This document shows positions 62,866 through 64,000 of a stretch of DNA of 64,000 nucleotides, piece by piece; the stretch's first letter is position 1, and every line of letters starts with the position of its first letter. A model generated the notes under the pieces. The model was not told the DNA's origin. It saw only the letters and a list, made by a program, of their open reading frames with translations, and did not search any database. The DNA is from Gracilinanus agilis (lineage: Eukaryota), in contig NC_058135.1 in the NCBI RefSeq assembly GCF_016433145.1, positions 291,979,442 through 292,043,441 of the forward strand. Direction: 5' to 3'. Made by a program: the position numbers and the translations under genes.

Positions 62866-63072
62866 CAGGGGTTGGCAATGTATGGCTCTCGAGCCATATC
62901 TGGCTCTTTTGAGGGCCAGATATGGCTCTTTCTGCAGGAGCCATGAAGTCCATTTTTTTTTCAGGTGCTGTTACAGGAGCGGCACTGTGAGCACTGGATG
63001 GCTCTCACAAAATTACATTTTAAAAAATGTGGCTTTTATGGCTCTCATGGCCAAAAAGGTTGCCGACCCCTG
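62866..63072. mobile_element. hAT (Charlie-type) MITE, 207 bp, nested in a MIR
   Basis: TIRs caggggttggcaa / ttgccgacccctg (12 of 13 match); 8 bp TSD ctctatag (62858-62865) / ctctagag (63073-63080); MIR sequence on both flanks (about 62775-63100). Confidence 0.92.
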
Positions 63073-64000
63073 CTCTAGAGGGTCTTGTGATTTTACGATT
63101 GAAGCTTATTCTTTAGCTTCTCAGGTAAAGAATGGGATGTCCAACAACCTATCAGAACTTTCATCACAAAATAATTTTCGTCTATAGACTTTACATTGAT
63201 GGGATCATAACCTTTCTGTAACTTGTGCTTTCTAATCTAGGTGGGAAAAAACTGGACTGGAAACCCAAGGATTTTGTTTGTTTTTTAACTCTGGCTGGTT
63301 ACTAGAATCTTGTAGAGTCCCCGGCTCATTTCTAGGTCTAATTTTTTTATTCTCCCAGATTGGGGGTCTCAGTTTCTACTCAAAGTAGCTTTGTCTCCCA
63401 ACTGCTTGAACCTTGGCCAGACCCCTCTCAACTCTCTAATACCAGCTCTTCGAATCCTTGTTGCCAATGCATTCAGCCAACCAATGGAACCAATTGAGCC
63501 CCCCCCCCCCCCAGAACAGGAGCCCAAATGACATGGCACATCACATGGGTCAAGAAGGACGGATACTAGGAAATCTCTTCTAGCCCCACACTGGCATCAT
63601 GGAATATGAGCAGGAAAATTCCTTTTCCTGGGTAATATCCCAGAAGAATTCCATTAATTCAAGTCTACTGGAAGCAAATACCAAACCATCTTGCATCTCA
63701 GCCTTTCTCCTTTACTGTTAAACCAAACCCTTCACATACCACTTCAGAGACAGTCTTTGAAAGCAGTGATGGAGGTCTGGCTACAAGCTGCTCGGACCTG
63801 ACCCGGTCTCACCCTTAACTCCCCATCTCCCCATCTGCTCCAGCCCCTCAACTTTTTGGTTCACGGAGGACCATCAGAGCGTCTGACTGAGGAGTCCCAG
63901 GATTTCAGGGCAGCACCTCCTTACTATTATGAGAAATTTCCATGTAGTTAATCATTCTACGGAACAGGACTGTGTATACATTTCTAGTTTTCCTTCAAGG

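Noticed and set aside
63440-63500. Cluster of CCAAT words as the KMT5B promoter
   Set aside because: No CpG island or downstream splice donor; the motif is too short to be informative.

Overview
Marsupial (opossum, Monodelphis-like didelphid) genomic DNA, judged from many SINE1_Mdo-type, MAR1/MIR and L1_Mdo-type repeats. The only gene I can support is KMT5B (SUV420H1, H4K20 di/tri-methyltransferase) on the minus strand. All ten coding exons can be placed with GT-AG boundaries and consistent phases: 36064-36299 (start codon hidden in an N gap), 33444-33591, 26722-26790, 18295-18460, 17584-17693, 17089-17255, 16823-16842, 16595-16731, 14301-14497 and 9948-11506. They predict about 910 aa, followed by a roughly 2.7 kb 3' UTR ending near 7270. 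Exon numbers assume a non-coding exon 1 as in human; no exon 1 or promoter CpG island is visible, so it probably lies beyond 64000. The left ~21 kb is GC/CpG-rich. The right ~43 kb is AT-rich and filled with nested L1, SINE, solo LTR and hAT MITE insertions, many with readable target-site duplications (TSDs). I found no evidence for a new multi-gene system, CRISPR array or RNA gene. The best leads are: a lost stop codon for the short KMT5B isoform, a ~90 bp element duplicated in two introns, an L1-in-L1 chimera with a 56 bp duplication, three hAT MITEs, and a GC boundary inside the gene. Repeat family names and human comparisons are from memory and were not searched.
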